A DNA stretch of 64,000 bases from positions 5,084,001-5,148,000 of the forward strand of contig NC_043009.1 in NCBI RefSeq assembly GCF_006345805.1, given 5' to 3'. Each line of letters begins with the position of its first letter. Position 1 is the first letter of the stretch. Shown one piece after another: positions 1 to 14,400 of this stretch. Origin of the DNA: Octopus sinensis (lineage: Eukaryota). Position numbers and translations under genes: made by a program. The notes beneath the pieces were generated by a model. That model made no database searches, had not been told where the DNA came from, and saw nothing but the letters and a program-made list of their open reading frames with translations.

Positions 1-899
1 AGTGGGATGTGAGACGTTGACTAAAATATATCGTCATGTCTGTATAACTGAAGACATAATTGTACTTGCGCGATATGCCAGCCTTTGAACATACATTTGG
101 AATTTGTCCAGAATAAATGTTATACGTAAAACTGATACAATTCCAAGAATCTTCCATACGCTTCTAACGTGGTTTGCGATTTTCCAGTTTATGACAAAAT
201 ATGGAAATATATATATATATATATGTAAATTTGTGAGTTTGTTTACGTATAAATAGGCATTTATATAGATTATATGCACGTGTAGGCGCAAGATTTAGTG
301 GAGTGTATTGCTCATGATCATAACTTGTGTCTTCTACGTCGACCAGATGGCGCTATATAGCAATCAGCAGTGCACATAATTTTCCTTTGTTACAATCAAC
401 TGTGATAAAAATGTGTACCAACCGTCTTCTAGTGCAGCTCTCTTTCACATGTTTTCACACCATTTATATGTTTCTGGTCAAATATGTGTGTCATGAGAGT
501 GTCCATGTATGCTTGCATGTATATGGGCATTTAAAACTATTTCCGAAAGCAAATATATATGTGTTCATTGTGAATCCCAGAATATTAAGTATTTAAAAAA
601 AAAACATATTTGTATTAAACTATCTTTGAAATACGTAATGGTATTTCGATCCCTTAATGTTCTGTTTTCTACTGTATTTTATATGATGGCGTTACTAATT
701 AGATATCTGTCAATGCGTATGTGTGTGTGCGTATGTGTGTGTGTTTGTGTATGTGTTCGCTTCATTCTCATTAAACTTAGCTTTCATATTACTTTCCGAT
801 TGATAGCGTATAGGACCGGTCGTCTTGGAGATGTTTGTAATATTTTACTATGGCTCTTAGTCGTCTTTAGTTTTTGATGTTATGCTATATTACAAAAAA

Positions 900-1760
900 T
901 ACTTCACAAATAAAGAGCATCTCTTCGAAATTAATTCTATGGATCATTTGTTTGAAATTCAAATACAATTGCCGATCATAAACCATAGTTTTTATTTATT
1001 CTTTTTCATCCCGGACAAGATATCGAAAAAAGGTTCAGTTTGAGTGGTGGTTTCAAATACCGTTGCCCTACTTTTCCCTGTCCAAGGTGAAAATGCATAT
1101 ATAAATTCTATAATTAAAGGGCTTTACTTGATCGGGTACTCTAAGTGGCATAACTGAGGATGTTTTGGCGACTAGTTCCATTAAAACAATTATCGATGAT
1201 ATAACGGTGTTAACTTCCGTTTTTTCGATCATGCAAAATAAATATATAGATTTCAGCCGACATTGCTCTTGTAAATTGGCTAAAATTAATGAGCTAACAG
1301 AGTAGTCATGATATAATGTCTTTGGTAGAGATTTTCATCGGGAATAGAAATGGGAAGTGACCTGGACAATTATAACACCGTTGAAGTTTCACGTCAATAT
1401 TTATCTGAAATTTATAGTTTGTTTCAGCAATATGTCATATCACCAATCTATTAGCTTCATCATGTTTCACTGTAAGATCAATAATGCTTGCGCATCAGTT
1501 TTTAATCGATCATGCGGCTGAACGTCATTAATTCATCTATGAATTCTTTCGTCAGAATCCACGCTGATGCAAAGATTTTACGACCTTTACCCAGTCCCAG
1601 CTTATCTCATTTTGTTGATGCACTGCTTACTACGGCAATGTCCTGTTTCCCTTCAAACCACTTCCTACTTCATTTCAAACCACTGGTCTTGGGTCTTTTA
1701 CAAAGGTGTGAATGCCATTTTTTCTCTACTACTTTTAAAGAATAATTAGACGTCAAATAT
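900..1760 (-). pseudogene. Ancient mariner transposase relic
   Basis: Minus-strand remnants in order: LGK..K...WI (WVP region), RLV (VTGDE region), ILHD (HDNA), L.H..Y (HPPYSPD). Many stops; no TIRs seen. Confidence 0.45.
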
Positions 1761-1952
1761 TCCTAACAAAACTGCAAGAAATAAACAATGGTGTCTCTGT
1801 TTCAGCGTAAATCAACTTTATGACGGTACAATACACAATAATTATTTGGTAAATAAGAGGTATTTAGGCGCAATTTCTATTTTGATATGAACAACGGTAT
1901 ATATTGATCGTCCAATAAGTTTCGCTTACTTACTATCTGAAATGACTGATAA

Positions 1953-2026
<74 letters not shown>

Positions 2027-2092
2027 TCGGTGGTACCCCAGCATAATCGCAGCATTTAAGCTGAAACATTTAAAAATAGTTTAAATAGTATG

Positions 2093-2126
<34 letters not shown>

Positions 2127-4384
2127 TATATAATATACAAAAGTGGGACAAGAACGCAAAACATCCAGGAGAGTTAGGTGATACAAAAAGGTACAACAAA
2201 ACATCCACACAGACGATACATAGAAAACAAGGACGGGTTATTCGGAGTTTTCTATCCCCAGTCAAGTTCCAGATTATCTTTGCAACTTCAGCTGGTTCGC
2301 TTACTTCATTCATTCCAGTCTTCGTTTTTTCGTTCCCCCTCTCTCACATTTCCTGGCCTTCTCTTCTTGCTCACTTTCCTTCCTTTTTTCACTTCACTGG
2401 GGCTCTTTCATTTTTTTCACGCCCTTAATTCTTCTATCCAACTTCCTCTACCTCTCACTCATCTTTCTCCACGGGACCAGTGTTCAGCCAAGCCTGACCT
2501 TTCTTTCTTGGTTCGACCACCATCCGTGCAACATCTATATTCCTCCCCGTGCCGGTCAAATCCTATGCCCCTGCCGTAAGGCTTTACCTCGACACACACC
2601 AGCTTAAATTAATTCGTCTTTTGTCGAAGACACCTGTTGTTATGCCCTGTTATTTGCATTTGTATTTGTGTATATGCCTATATATCAAATTATTGTTCGT
2701 CCCTTTTTGGTATTGCTGTAAAGCAAGTATTTTAGCAAAGGGAAACAAGACGGTGATACGTTACTAGTTTGTTGTACTCATGAATGAATTCAAAGGAAAA
2801 TATGCAATTGTTGGAAGTGGTGTTTTAAAAAGTGTTCTCATCACATTTCAGTGGAATCGTCTACAGTGTGCACTGAAGACTACAGACATATATATTCAAG
2901 TTTACTAATATTCCTCACCGACAGTCAGTAAGTAACACTGCAGGACTAAATGTCGTATTCTTTAGATGTTTCTTACTTCGCGCATAAATCTTTATAGATA
3001 ATAATATCTATGCCTGTCATATACTGAAGATTAAGGGGATTTAATGGAAAAAAAATAGCTGGCTGCTCTTCAAATCTAATGTGCTATTGAACTAAAGCAA
3101 AAATCAATATTATTGAATATGATTGTCAAGAAGGTTTCTTATCTAATTAAGGAACATGCAGTCAGTCTTCTGTTCTTCGTCAATTCAACTATTCAATTCA
3201 ACTATCATCTCTGATGACTAAATCGAAAAGAAGAGCTTTGTGTATTGTACAAAGATTCAACACAAATTCTTCAGAATAGAAGGAATTCACACACACACAC
3301 ACTCATTGCGACAATTCGTATTCGAAATGCCAATTAGTATGATCAAATGCAATTTCTATAGAATCAAATATAAATATTTCATCTTTGAAATCCATTGCTG
3401 CATTCTTAGTCCGACAAGAATGCAGCTGTCAAGTCAACTTGTTCTTTAAACAATAGATTATCACACGATTTATGGACGTCTATTGTCACTAATAAATTAT
3501 TCGATATCTGTTGTTGTCTCTTATTAAATCGTCCTAAAATCGCATCTTTGTCTTGTTTACACCGTTTCTTTTATATATTTTATATATATGCTTTTATATA
3601 TTTACTTTATTTTATTTTCATTTTTCTTTTTCGATATTTCTGTCTAGGAGTTGTTCAAGTTTTCAAGTTAACGTTATTGATTTTTCTCTTCATTTTCGTC
3701 AGTCACTTTTCTCATTTGAACATAAATTAAGAGGAATTGTTTTAATTGTTGTTTTTGTTTTCAATTTATTTTATGAATATAATAAAAAAAAAGAAAGATT
3801 TGTTTAGCTTAAAAGTGATTCGTTGATTCTGTGAAAACAAAACATTTGAAATTTACATTTATCTGAATAATAATTAATATAATAATTCATTTTTTTTCTT
3901 TCCGACGTTCATAAAAAATTTCAAACGTATTTGATGGGTCGGGAAAATGAAATTTTGATTTGGTGACAATAATGCCTTTCCAAAGGGAATTAGAGTCGAA
4001 AGATTAAGGCTTATACTTTCAAAAAAAAAAAAAAAAAAAACAAAAGGAATCAGAAGGATTTTAAACTGGATACGCTCTAATAAATTACAATGTCTAAAAC
4101 AAGTCAATTCTATAGGGATAATTTTTCTTATAAATTTTATTCCAATAAAGCTATTGGTTACTGGTAAAGTAGCGAATTCATTATGGCGATTAAGAAAAAC
4201 CTAATTAAGCATGTTGATAATTTGTACTGTATAAGCAATATTTATGTTTATCTCTTTAGATGTTTTAATTCCTAAGTGCCTACAATTTGTGAGCTTCGAA
4301 GAATATATTTTGTGAATGTTTCCACGTGTTTAGATACGTAATTTATATGTAACTTACTCGAAATGTTGGAGAACGTAATATGAG

Positions 4385-4387
<3 letters not shown>

Positions 4388-4471
<84 letters not shown>

Positions 4472-4560
4472 CATGCATACATACATACATACATACACAT
4501 ATATATATATATATGTGTTTGTGTGTGTCTATAAATATAAAATATTATATATATATATAT

Positions 4561-4606
<46 letters not shown>

Positions 4607-4615
4607 ATATATAAT
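4388..4615. repeat. Compound (TA)n/(GA)n/(TACA)n microsatellite
   Basis: Direct reading. Similar TA-rich tracts at ~1950-2135, 5810-6130, 9405-9735, 14160-14510, 16670-16830, 20345-20700, 21530-21812, 41590-41865, 45650-45960, 47720-47880, 48200-48410 and 58085-58320. Confidence 0.97.
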
Positions 4616-5156
4616 CACCAATAAAGATTTAAGTTTAATGTTTCTCAAGATATATTTTATGTTCTATAAAATTATATTTAATATGTGTACGTATATTTGA
4701 AGTTAATTTCGAATTTCATTACATGAATGTATGTTTTCGAGCCTGACTTCATGTGTGTGTTTATATGTGTTTGTACTGAGTTATTTCTTTATGCACACTT
4801 AAAAAAAAAAACAACGACACCACGACAACCACACTCACGACACACATACCTCAAATATATTGGCATATATTTAGTAGAATCATATGGAATATGAACTATG
4901 TATAGAGAAAAAGCGTAAACGTTCCATTTCAAACTGTATTTCATTGATCATATTTAATTTCAAGCAATTTTTAATTTAAATCCGGTAAAATCGATAATTT
5001 AGTAATCAGAAATCGACACAGAAATATTGATACACGCACTCACATATTCTTTAGTACAGGTTTTCATAGAATCCACTTGAAACTGCACACTTCTCTAACG
5101 AATTTTGCGGGATATCTGTACTCACACATAGCTATATGAGTTTATGCACAATACCC

Positions 5157-5383
5157 TATTTCTTTACTACCCACAAGTGGCTACACACAGAAGGGACAAA
5201 CAGTAACAGACAAACGGATTAAGTCGATTATATCGCCCCCAGTGCGTAACTGCTACTCAATTTATCGACCCCGAAATGATGAAAGGCAAAGTTGACCTCG
5301 GCGGAATTTGAACTCAGAAGTAACGACAGACGAAATACTACTAAGTATTTCGCCCGGCGTGCTAACGTTTCTGCCAGATCACC
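5157..5383 (-). mobile_element. tRNA-derived SINE family A
   Basis: Minus: tggcagaaacgttagcacgccgggcg (A box) ... gagttcaaattccgccgagg (B box) ... gcctttcatc.tttcggggtcgataaa ... tail gtagtaaagaaata. Confidence 0.9.
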
Positions 5384-6075
5384 TGTCTACGCATCAACCT
5401 ACTATATGCATGATCACTTAAAGGCGGGCATATAGTCTAATACGTGCGTCTACACACCTGCCCCTTGTCCCCTTCTCACTCCCCATTGAAACAGCGTTGA
5501 CATTTTTTCTAACTCGCCATCTTTGTAATTCCGTATGCCCCCACATGTTTCTATATGTATTTTAATTATGTAAATTTATAATTATTTCACTCTGTATGCA
5601 ATCACTATTCCTCTCTTCCTCATTACCTCGATACCTGTTTCTGTATTCCTCCTTATTTTTCTTCTTTCTGATGAGAAATCGTCTAAGAAATTTAGTGAAT
5701 TTCAATTTGCTTTTCAACCGTTAATCTAAAACTGTATTTGTGAAACACTTTTCTTCTCGTATTGTTCTTTCAATATCTATTGACCTTACACTGTATTTCT
5801 AAGTTCCTATGTGTGTATGTAAGTAGGTATGTATGTAAGTATTTATGTAAATATGTATGTGTGTGTGTATGTATCTCTCTCCCTCCCTCTCTCTCTAAAT
5901 ATGCACGTACATATGTGCATATATACATAGAAACATAAACATATATATATATATGTATATATACATACTATATATAATATATACATATATATACATATGA
6001 GTATATATATATATATATATATAATAGATATATTATATATATAGATTATATATATATATATATTATATATATATA

Positions 6076-6131
<56 letters not shown>

Positions 6132-6823
6132 CACGAACAGGCACAAATTCCAAATCTAAGAAGCAATGTTAAATCCAAATATGCTATGATTAAGGTAGTG
6201 TGTTCGTGATAGTCTTAGAGAATGTTATTTTATTGATTCAATATGTGGTAGAATGTAACACTCTAAGCCAGTTAATCTGACAATCTCCGGTTTATTACAA
6301 ATCCAATAAGATGCAAGTTATTGGTATAATTATTTCCTAGTTAAGTATGAGGTAATGGGTTTCCTAATGATAATAGTTATATAACTTATATGGAATACTT
6401 CCAAATGTAGTCATTAACCGTATCACAGTTTACGGGTGTTCGAGAGTTAAAGTCACTTCATATCTTTCCCCATATCGACCTTACAAAGAAGCGTTTGCAT
6501 GCGGCTTCAACCTGTTACAAATAACATACACTTCACCCGCAAATCAAGCCCTAACCCAATGATTGTTGTAGGATAACCTGGAACAATTAACTAAAAATAT
6601 TAGTAAGAGATACGATGAACGCGACTGCAAAGTCTATGTTTTATTATTATTAAGGTTCTAAAATAGTTTAGCAACATATTAACGTTAAACGCAAACGAAT
6701 CACATAAATAAAACTGATTAAGTAATATATTTCATGTTGCCTTTATAATCGAAAATATAGCAGCAACCTCATTTGGGATTTGGTTTGCAAGATTCTTTAT
6801 ATGAGTTCGTGTGTTGAAGCACA

Positions 6824-6980
6824 TTCTGTTGTGTCTGGGGAGAGTCATTTCCTTTTGTGCCTTAACACACTCACTGGTAAAATTTAGGAAAATAAAAATA
6901 AGAAATAAGTGGAAATTCTACTGTTGAGTGTGTTACATTATAAGGCACAAAAAAAATGACTCTCCCCAGATACAACAGAA
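6824..6980. repeat. Imperfect inverted repeat (~50-55-bp arms)
   Basis: ttctgttgtgtctggggagagtcattt..ttttgtgcctta..acacactca versus the reverse complement of 6925-6980. Confidence 0.85.
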
Positions 6981-7912
6981 AAGTAGCAACAATTATTCCA
7001 AAATATACCGTGTCTCTTTTTCATATTTTCTTAGCTCCTTTATTTGTTTCATAAATATATTTATCATAACTTCGTGAACAATGGATATTTCCCAATATAT
7101 CTCCAGTCCTGTATGTTGCCATTATTTGGGAAGTTATCCGTGTTAAATATTGTGTGCTTCCTTTACTTTTGGGGAAATGCAAAAAAAAAAAAATATTTCC
7201 AGTACTTATTCTATACATCTTCACTTTAAAAAATGCCATTGGTGTATATTTGATTATATAGATATTATTTTCTTATCATTTTATACAATCAGGGTGAACA
7301 TATAACTCCATATTCGTACATTCATTCAATCATTTTAATTAGCAATTTTCGGATAAGAATATTCATAATGCTAACATATCCCTTAACTATTCTTTATAAG
7401 AAGAGTGTAGAATATGGTAAATGTAACTGTCTATCAGACCGACGGACGGTACAGACTGCCGGATTCAGAGACGGCTGCATAATTAATCTCAACATTCGAA
7501 ATAGCAGGTGTATTGCTCGATTGTTGAGAAGTCAAATGCCGGAAATTGACAGTCCCTCGTACGAATTGTATGGCTATTTCTCATAAATAACATGGTTACA
7601 GTCTACTACAACATATAATAGACTAGAAATCATCAAATTGTGTGGTTCGAAGAGTAGCGATGCCACCAGTGAAAAACCATATTAGTCTAACGTATGCGGG
7701 TACGTCGACCATCGCTAACAGGCAGCCGTTCTAAGCGCAGGTGGTTTTGAAACCATCTGTAGAGGTTGCATTGTAATAATCTTCTGAGGCAGGTGTACGG
7801 GTACTGCTGCGAATTCTGTTAATGATGAATCCTCTTTCGTCTTACTCTAATTTGGTGCTGGAGTATTTGCTGGGAATCTTATGAATAAAGTTATGCCTCT
7901 CAATCTCTCCCC

Positions 7913-7950
<38 letters not shown>

Positions 7951-8208
7951 CTTCCCTGCCTGAGGTTACCGTGGTCTTTTCCATAGGTATTTCTTTCCAC
8001 AGATAAACCTAATCTTGTTTCTTACGTTTTAAAAATTTCTTTCTGTGATACACGATCCCTTTTGATCGCTTTTTTTCCCGATCCCTTTTGATTGGAATTT
8101 TACATTTGTTCTCCCTTTTTTTCCCTTTTACTTTTCCATTTTCGAAAAGGAAAGCTCTACATTTATATTTGTCCCCTCTGTGTTCAGCCCAGTGTGGCCA
8201 ATAAAGAA

Positions 8209-8352
<144 letters not shown>

Positions 8353-9558
8353 AAGCATTATCATATAAGAAACTATATAATTAGAACATGTCTTCTAATT
8401 TATATTCGTTTTGGCCACGTGAATTTACATATTTATAAGTTATATTATCAATATTTCGTCCCTATGTATTTTGTCAGCGTTACAGAAAGAATTTTGTTGC
8501 ACACCGGGAGATTTTAGTCTTCACCAGTTTGATTTATTACGTGTTGGTCCCTCACTCGCTCACTCACTTTGGTCTTTAATTTATGTCGTATAAATGTATT
8601 TACAATGTAAGGAATTACCTTGAAATGAGACTAATGAAACAGCATGATCTTGATCACTATAAAGCTACATGTTTCTCAAGTATAAGATACAATAACCTCC
8701 GTAGATTTCAGATATGTAACCTCCTTCAAGGGTGTGGACAATGTAAATCATTATGAGATCTAAAACTTTTATTATCATTTCAGTTCTAAAATATAACGTG
8801 ATACAGTCAAATATTATTTTTCACCACGAAACTACAATAACAATATCTAACTTGAGTTTTTAAAATTATGATATCATTTAAAGTTAATCATAAAGTTAAT
8901 CACAGGCAAGTATGTATCTGACACATACGCTGTTCGCTTTCCAGACATTTGTACATTACTGCATATATTTTATATGCACTTTTTGACAAGTTGGGGTGCG
9001 CCTGGGCAGTGTATACAATAATTTCATTATTATTATTATTATAAAATAGAAATCGATTAGGATTCATTAAAAAGCAAATTATATCTCAACGCGACCCACT
9101 GAAAATGGTCAAACCTTCTAGGGAAGGGCTTCTACAAGGGCAGCTTACCCTACATCTACCATTTACAGTCATAATAAAAAAAGTCTATGAAACAGGTATT
9201 TGTGCTAGCATAATATATGCCGCCGGCATGTAGCTGTTTCAAATATAGAGGAAATATATTTATACAATTCCTTTATAAGTTATTCCAGTATCTGCTCTAC
9301 ACCCATCATTGTATGAATAGTATCTTCCTTTCTAAATAGAAAGCTTTCGGTAAATATACAAATACAATAGCCTTTGTGGACAGCTAAGAGTTTGTTATTG
9401 CATTTATGTATGTAAGTAGGTACGTATGTATGCATTTATGTGCCTATATGTATGTATGTGTCTGTATGTACAAACATACATACATGCGTACCTATATTTA
9501 TACTTACACACATACAATACAAACATATATGTGTGTATATATATATAGATATATATAT

Positions 9559-9592
<34 letters not shown>

Positions 9593-9676
9593 GTATATAT
9601 ATATATGTATACATACACTTACACACATACATATATACATACATATATGCATATATATATATATATATATACATAC

Positions 9677-9707
<31 letters not shown>

Positions 9708-10389
9708 CTACATACATACATACATACATATATAGGTAATTGAAATAACATATGTGTGCTTACAAAGTGTATTCTTGCGTAAAACTTGCTAGTTACTTAC
9801 TTGCCATAAGGAATATATAAAATTTGAAAATTCATGCTCGAGAAGTTTTCCAATTTGCAATTATTATGCTTCATATTCAGCAAAAGACCATAAGATATGT
9901 TCATATTGTTTACATATAATTTACTGTTAGTTGCAAATAACTGATAATAGGTCAAAAGTATAGAGCAGTAAATTGCAGCTAGCGCCCCAGACCAAATGGA
10001 ATTACTAAGAAGGAAGAGCGTATGAGCTGGTGAATGTATTGTACATGTAAATCTGTAACATTGGTTGTTGGTTCAGGTCTTAAGAGAAAATCATTTCTTA
10101 GTTCTTGCGAGAAAATGTCGTATCGGAAAGGAAAATATGTCGCAGTAACACGTCTCCTGGTACGAAGAGATATTTTCGAAATAAGGTGTATTGTTTAGAA
10201 GACATATGTGCAGATCTCAAATAATTCTTACTTACAATTACTCTCTTTCCTTTCAGAAATAAATTACGACTTCAATTTCTTAGTGCGGAATAATTCTGCG
10301 TATTTTTTTTTTATCTTTTAGTTCTTTCTGTCAATTTTAATTGAATGAATCGGCCCCGCTGATTATTTTTAAGGCTGTTTCTTAGTATC

Positions 10390-10600
10390 TCCGGCTTCTG
10401 CTCCCGAACAGCAAATTTACGGAGACGTAAACACACAAGTACCGGTTGTCAAGGGGAGGTGATGGACATAGAAAGATACACAGGCACATACACACACATA
10501 TGTGTGTGGTGTATGTGCGTGACTTTGTATATCTCCCGTCACCGCTTGACACCAGGTGTCGGATTCTTTATACACGAACACACACACACACACACACCCT

Positions 10601-10638
<38 letters not shown>

Positions 10639-10810
10639 CCTAGGGAAAGTGTCTTCTACTATATTCTCGGGTCGATACATATTACGGCAAGTTTGTATCA
10701 ACTCGAGGCTATAGTTGAAGACACCTCCGCAAGGTACCACGCAATGGGACTGAACCCAGAACCATGTGGTTGGGAAGTAAGCTTGTATCCTCGCAGCAAC
10801 ACCTGCGCGT
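10390..10810 (-). mobile_element. SINE family B, rearranged
   Basis: Head 10695-10810 and tail 10390-10475 on the minus strand, with inverted pieces between them. Confidence 0.75.
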
Positions 10811-11054
10811 ATGTTTATGATTAAAATTAATAACACTTTTACTAAAATCAGCAAGTACATTTCCATAAAATTTCTCGGTTTTGTGTAAAGAAACGAATGT
10901 CACTAGATGATTAGATTATTGGTATATAAAGAGTGCTGTATTCTGTAACGATAGTATCCTATAGAAATTATGCATACATTAATTAACAAAAGTGATGTGG
11001 TGTCTTACGAATATGTGTGAGTTGTACATCTAAACAATATATTCTTTACAAAAC

Positions 11055-11256
11055 GCGGCAAGCTGGCAGAATCGTTAGCACGCTGGGCGAAATGCTTAGC
11101 GGTATTTCGTCTGCCGCTACGTTCTGAGTTCAAATTCCGCCGAGGTCGACTTTACCATTCATCCTTTCGAGTTCGATATATTAAGAACCAGTACTTATCT
11201 AATAGACTGTCACCTCCGCCAAAATTTCGGGCCTTGAGTCTAGAGTAGAAAAGAAT
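11055..11256 (+). mobile_element. SINE family A, alternative tail
   Basis: gcggcaagctggcagaatcgttagc...gagttcaaattccgccgaggtcgac...aaaatttcgggccttgagtctagagtagaaaagaat. Confidence 0.9.
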
Positions 11257-12739
11257 ATATTTTTCAGAGGAATATACGTAGAAATGTTGTTTATATGCAT
11301 TCCAACGCGCAAGGTTTGTTTAATAAATCTATAATTAAGTTCGCTAGCACAATAAAGAAATGAAATAAAATACCATGAATCACAACTAATCGAACGTTCG
11401 GACTTGGTGTTTAGAAAATCTTAAAAATGCAATTTAGCAAATCTAATTTAATTCCACCAATAATATTAGTAGGTGTATAAACATTTTGTTCATCGATAGT
11501 TAAAGCGGGTGCACTGCTCCTGAAAATGATACCGAGAAGGACGGAATGGAATCGTGCCGTTCTTCCTACTCCTTTTGTTTCTCATTCATATACTAATATT
11601 TTCTCTACACGTATGCGTACATTCGTAGTGACATTGTATTGCCTATTAAATCAGTAAATATGTTTTCTAGTACATTTAAATCTAAATAATTATAACCAAG
11701 ACAAGTAACGTCATGCCTAAAAAGAAAACAGTTAAAATGCTTGACGTTATTACGTATTTCATTAAAGTTCTGAACAATGAAGACTGCCCTGAAGTTTTGT
11801 TTTTCATTCTTAAACATCATTCTCTGTTTCCACAAAGACGAGACAGATATGTAAAAATGTATACTCAGTACTGAACAATCAACTGTTGCTACGGGTCTAA
11901 AATCCATATCACCGAAAGAAGCTTTGTTCCATCTAATATTGTATCTAGATAGTTCTTAATACACTTTTAAAACATAGGTTTGCAGGAAAGAACTTCCTAG
12001 ATATAAAAGTAGTTTTTCACTCTAGTTTCAGCTCAGAGCTGTGGCCATGCTGATGCACCGCCGGTTATATAGCTATAATAATTTGCGCATCCAGTGTAAC
12101 TTGGATATGTTGTAAAGAACGCCGTAGACTACGGTAACATTCCTGTGAAATCATCTGGTTAGACGTTAGGTCCTAAACAAGTACATATTTTATCGTTTGA
12201 CGAAATATCATCAGTACCGGCAAATAGGACTGTTGTATCACGTGATTTTAGTGTAAATTGCGTATCATCAGCAACAGCGCGAATCTTGATTGAAAATCCA
12301 TCGAGCAGATGTAGTTTATACAACAATCACGTCCACTGTTGCTGAAATTTCTTTACTGATATAATATGCGATTATTATCATCTAACGTCTATATGAGATA
12401 ACTTCTCAGTACAATTACTGCAGTCTGGGGTAACACATCCAAGTTAAGGTGGTTGTGCAAATTAGCACGCGTTACAAAGGTTGCTTCCATCGATATCAGC
12501 TAATTGATATAGCTATATTTCGTCATCTCAAATTATGTCAAATCAAAATTATTTCTTCTACAGTTGGAAAATGTACTTACATATTTAATAGCTGTTCATT
12601 AATTATATAGTTCGTGTAATGCAAACGTCTTAAAAACCAGATTATAGTTGAAAGCAATGTCTGGCTCCTATATATTCTGTTAGTGTTTCTTCTATTTCGG
12701 CGAAATAACAACGCTTACAAATTATGGATATAGCAATAA

Positions 12740-12930
12740 ACAGTAGCTTGGCTCAAGCGGAAAAGGATAATAAAGTTTTGGACAAGATACTCTTTGGCGT
12801 CCTCATCTTGCTTTTACTATATTTCGGTTGTTGCATGGTCCCGCCTTCTTCGGGTGTCTTGTGATTCTTACCTGATATTGAACTCATAAATTCCAGTGAC
12901 TGCACTGCATTTTTACCAACGCCGTTATCC
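12740..12930 (-). mobile_element. Decayed tRNA-head plus hammerhead-like tail element (related to the 62 kb terminus)
   Basis: Minus: ggataacggcgttggtaaa...GAGTTCAATATC...gacac-CCGAAGA-agg...cc-GAAA-tata-gt...caagatgaggac. The last words match the 62 kb repeat. Confidence 0.5.
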
Positions 12931-13064
12931 ATCACCCTATATTTGTTGGCAGCGAAAAAATGAATATTTTTTTAGTCTTATAAAATTCCATTGATGCCAT
13001 ATATCCGCTCCGCACCGATTAAATAATACAGTTGTATATTTCTGACATGAGGCATTCATATCAT

Positions 13065-13290
13065 GAACGCTGTTTACATTAGAAGGGCATCTGCCCTCAT
13101 ATTGAGGTTCTGAGTTCAATCCAAGGCAGAGCACTAAGGTGAATTACAAGGGACCTGGAAAACGCTGGTGCACACAGCTGCCGAAACGTAGTGAAAACAA
13201 AAATGAAGATTAGGAATACAGTCTGACCAATGTAAACTGAATCCATATTATGAACCGCTCACCTGACAAATATAGAATTGAATACTACGT
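13065..13290 (+). mobile_element. Second decayed tRNA-head plus hammerhead-like tail element, back-to-back with the 12.8 kb copy
   Basis: tagaagggcatctgcc-cctca(tat)tgagg-ttct-GAGTTCAATCC...ggac-ctggaaa-a-cgctg..cagc..cc-GAAACGTA-gtg. The 5' core is degenerate. Confidence 0.45.
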
Positions 13291-14220
13291 TAAAATAATT
13301 TAAGCTATAACTTTCTATTTACAACACTCAAAGACCGAGTCTTTACGATTATGTCTATATAAATGGTAGATTTTACTTAAATGGTCTTATTTCTGTGTTC
13401 TATAATTCTATTGAATTTATTCAGGTGAATTATTATTGTGTCTTAATGCCATGCGATTAAACTGTTGTTTCATGAGCTCAAATATGATTTTATTAGCTTG
13501 AACTATTTCAACTATTTGAATCAATCGGCGTTGCATACACGTAAATCTTATTAAAATAATCATGTTGATTCATTCAACATTCTTGCATAACTCTATTAAC
13601 AATATACTGTATTTGTTTTATAACAGTGTTAAAAGTGTATCTCAAAAAACTTTCAGCAGGAATTAAGATAAGTGACTAAAATTTAAGGTGTATTCTTCAT
13701 ATGGAACACATGATGATTGCCAAATGCTGAACTCTCTACATCATGCACAAATATACGTTCTTTGCACCTTCCGTCATTGGGAGGCTAGAAAATGTCCCTG
13801 CCCCTGCTTAAAATGTCTCTTACTTGAAGAGTAAAAACAATTATGAAGCATATGTCTATAAATTCCTCGCTGTCTGCTTTCGAAGATACGATTTAAATAC
13901 GGACATGTATTTTTTGCATTGTTATATCTCTATCGTCTCAATACAAGCCACATTGCCAAATTTACCCAGCGAAAATGACGTTACGTTGCCATTCTTCGTA
14001 CGTTAGGTTGTTGGGATTTATGCTAAGCATACTGATGAGTAGACATAAATAAGAAACACACGTGCTGCCCTATTCTCGAAGCCGAGAAATCTGCGATTTA
14101 ATAAGTGTTTTTTACAGAACGTCTAGATGTACGTGCATCATATACATCGCATATGGTGCTCACATAAATACTCAAATATACACTCATATATATATATATA
14201 TGAGTGTATTTTGAGTATAA

Positions 14221-14262
<42 letters not shown>

Positions 14263-14361
14263 TTACTTATATGCATATGTGTGTCAGAGTGAGAGAAAGA
14301 GAGAGAAAGACCATTTATGCATATATGTGTATATATATGATATATATATATTATATTAATG

Positions 14362-14400
<39 letters not shown>

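Noticed and set aside
2130-2300. Possible PLE terminus with ctggggA...gaat on the minus strand
   Set aside because: Both core halves deviate; probably a repeat, but not supportable as a ribozyme.
2851-2935. Candidate 78-nt exon (tttcag...gtaagt)
   Set aside because: One frame is open but the peptide is unrecognisable and no partner exons were found.
3208-3235. CTGATGA...GAAA hammerhead-like string
   Set aside because: No stem II or stem I pairing.
3397-3426. 11-bp perfect hairpin gctgcattctt/aagaatgcagc
   Set aside because: Short enough to arise by chance in 64 kb; no supporting context.
4272-4700. YIYI/IYLS/THTH-type ORFs here and throughout the window
   Set aside because: Products of stop-free frames in di- and tetranucleotide repeats.
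12090-12480. RTE-like RT remnant (GCV..P, LFA..DD) on the minus strand
   Set aside because: Too degenerate to call without alignment.
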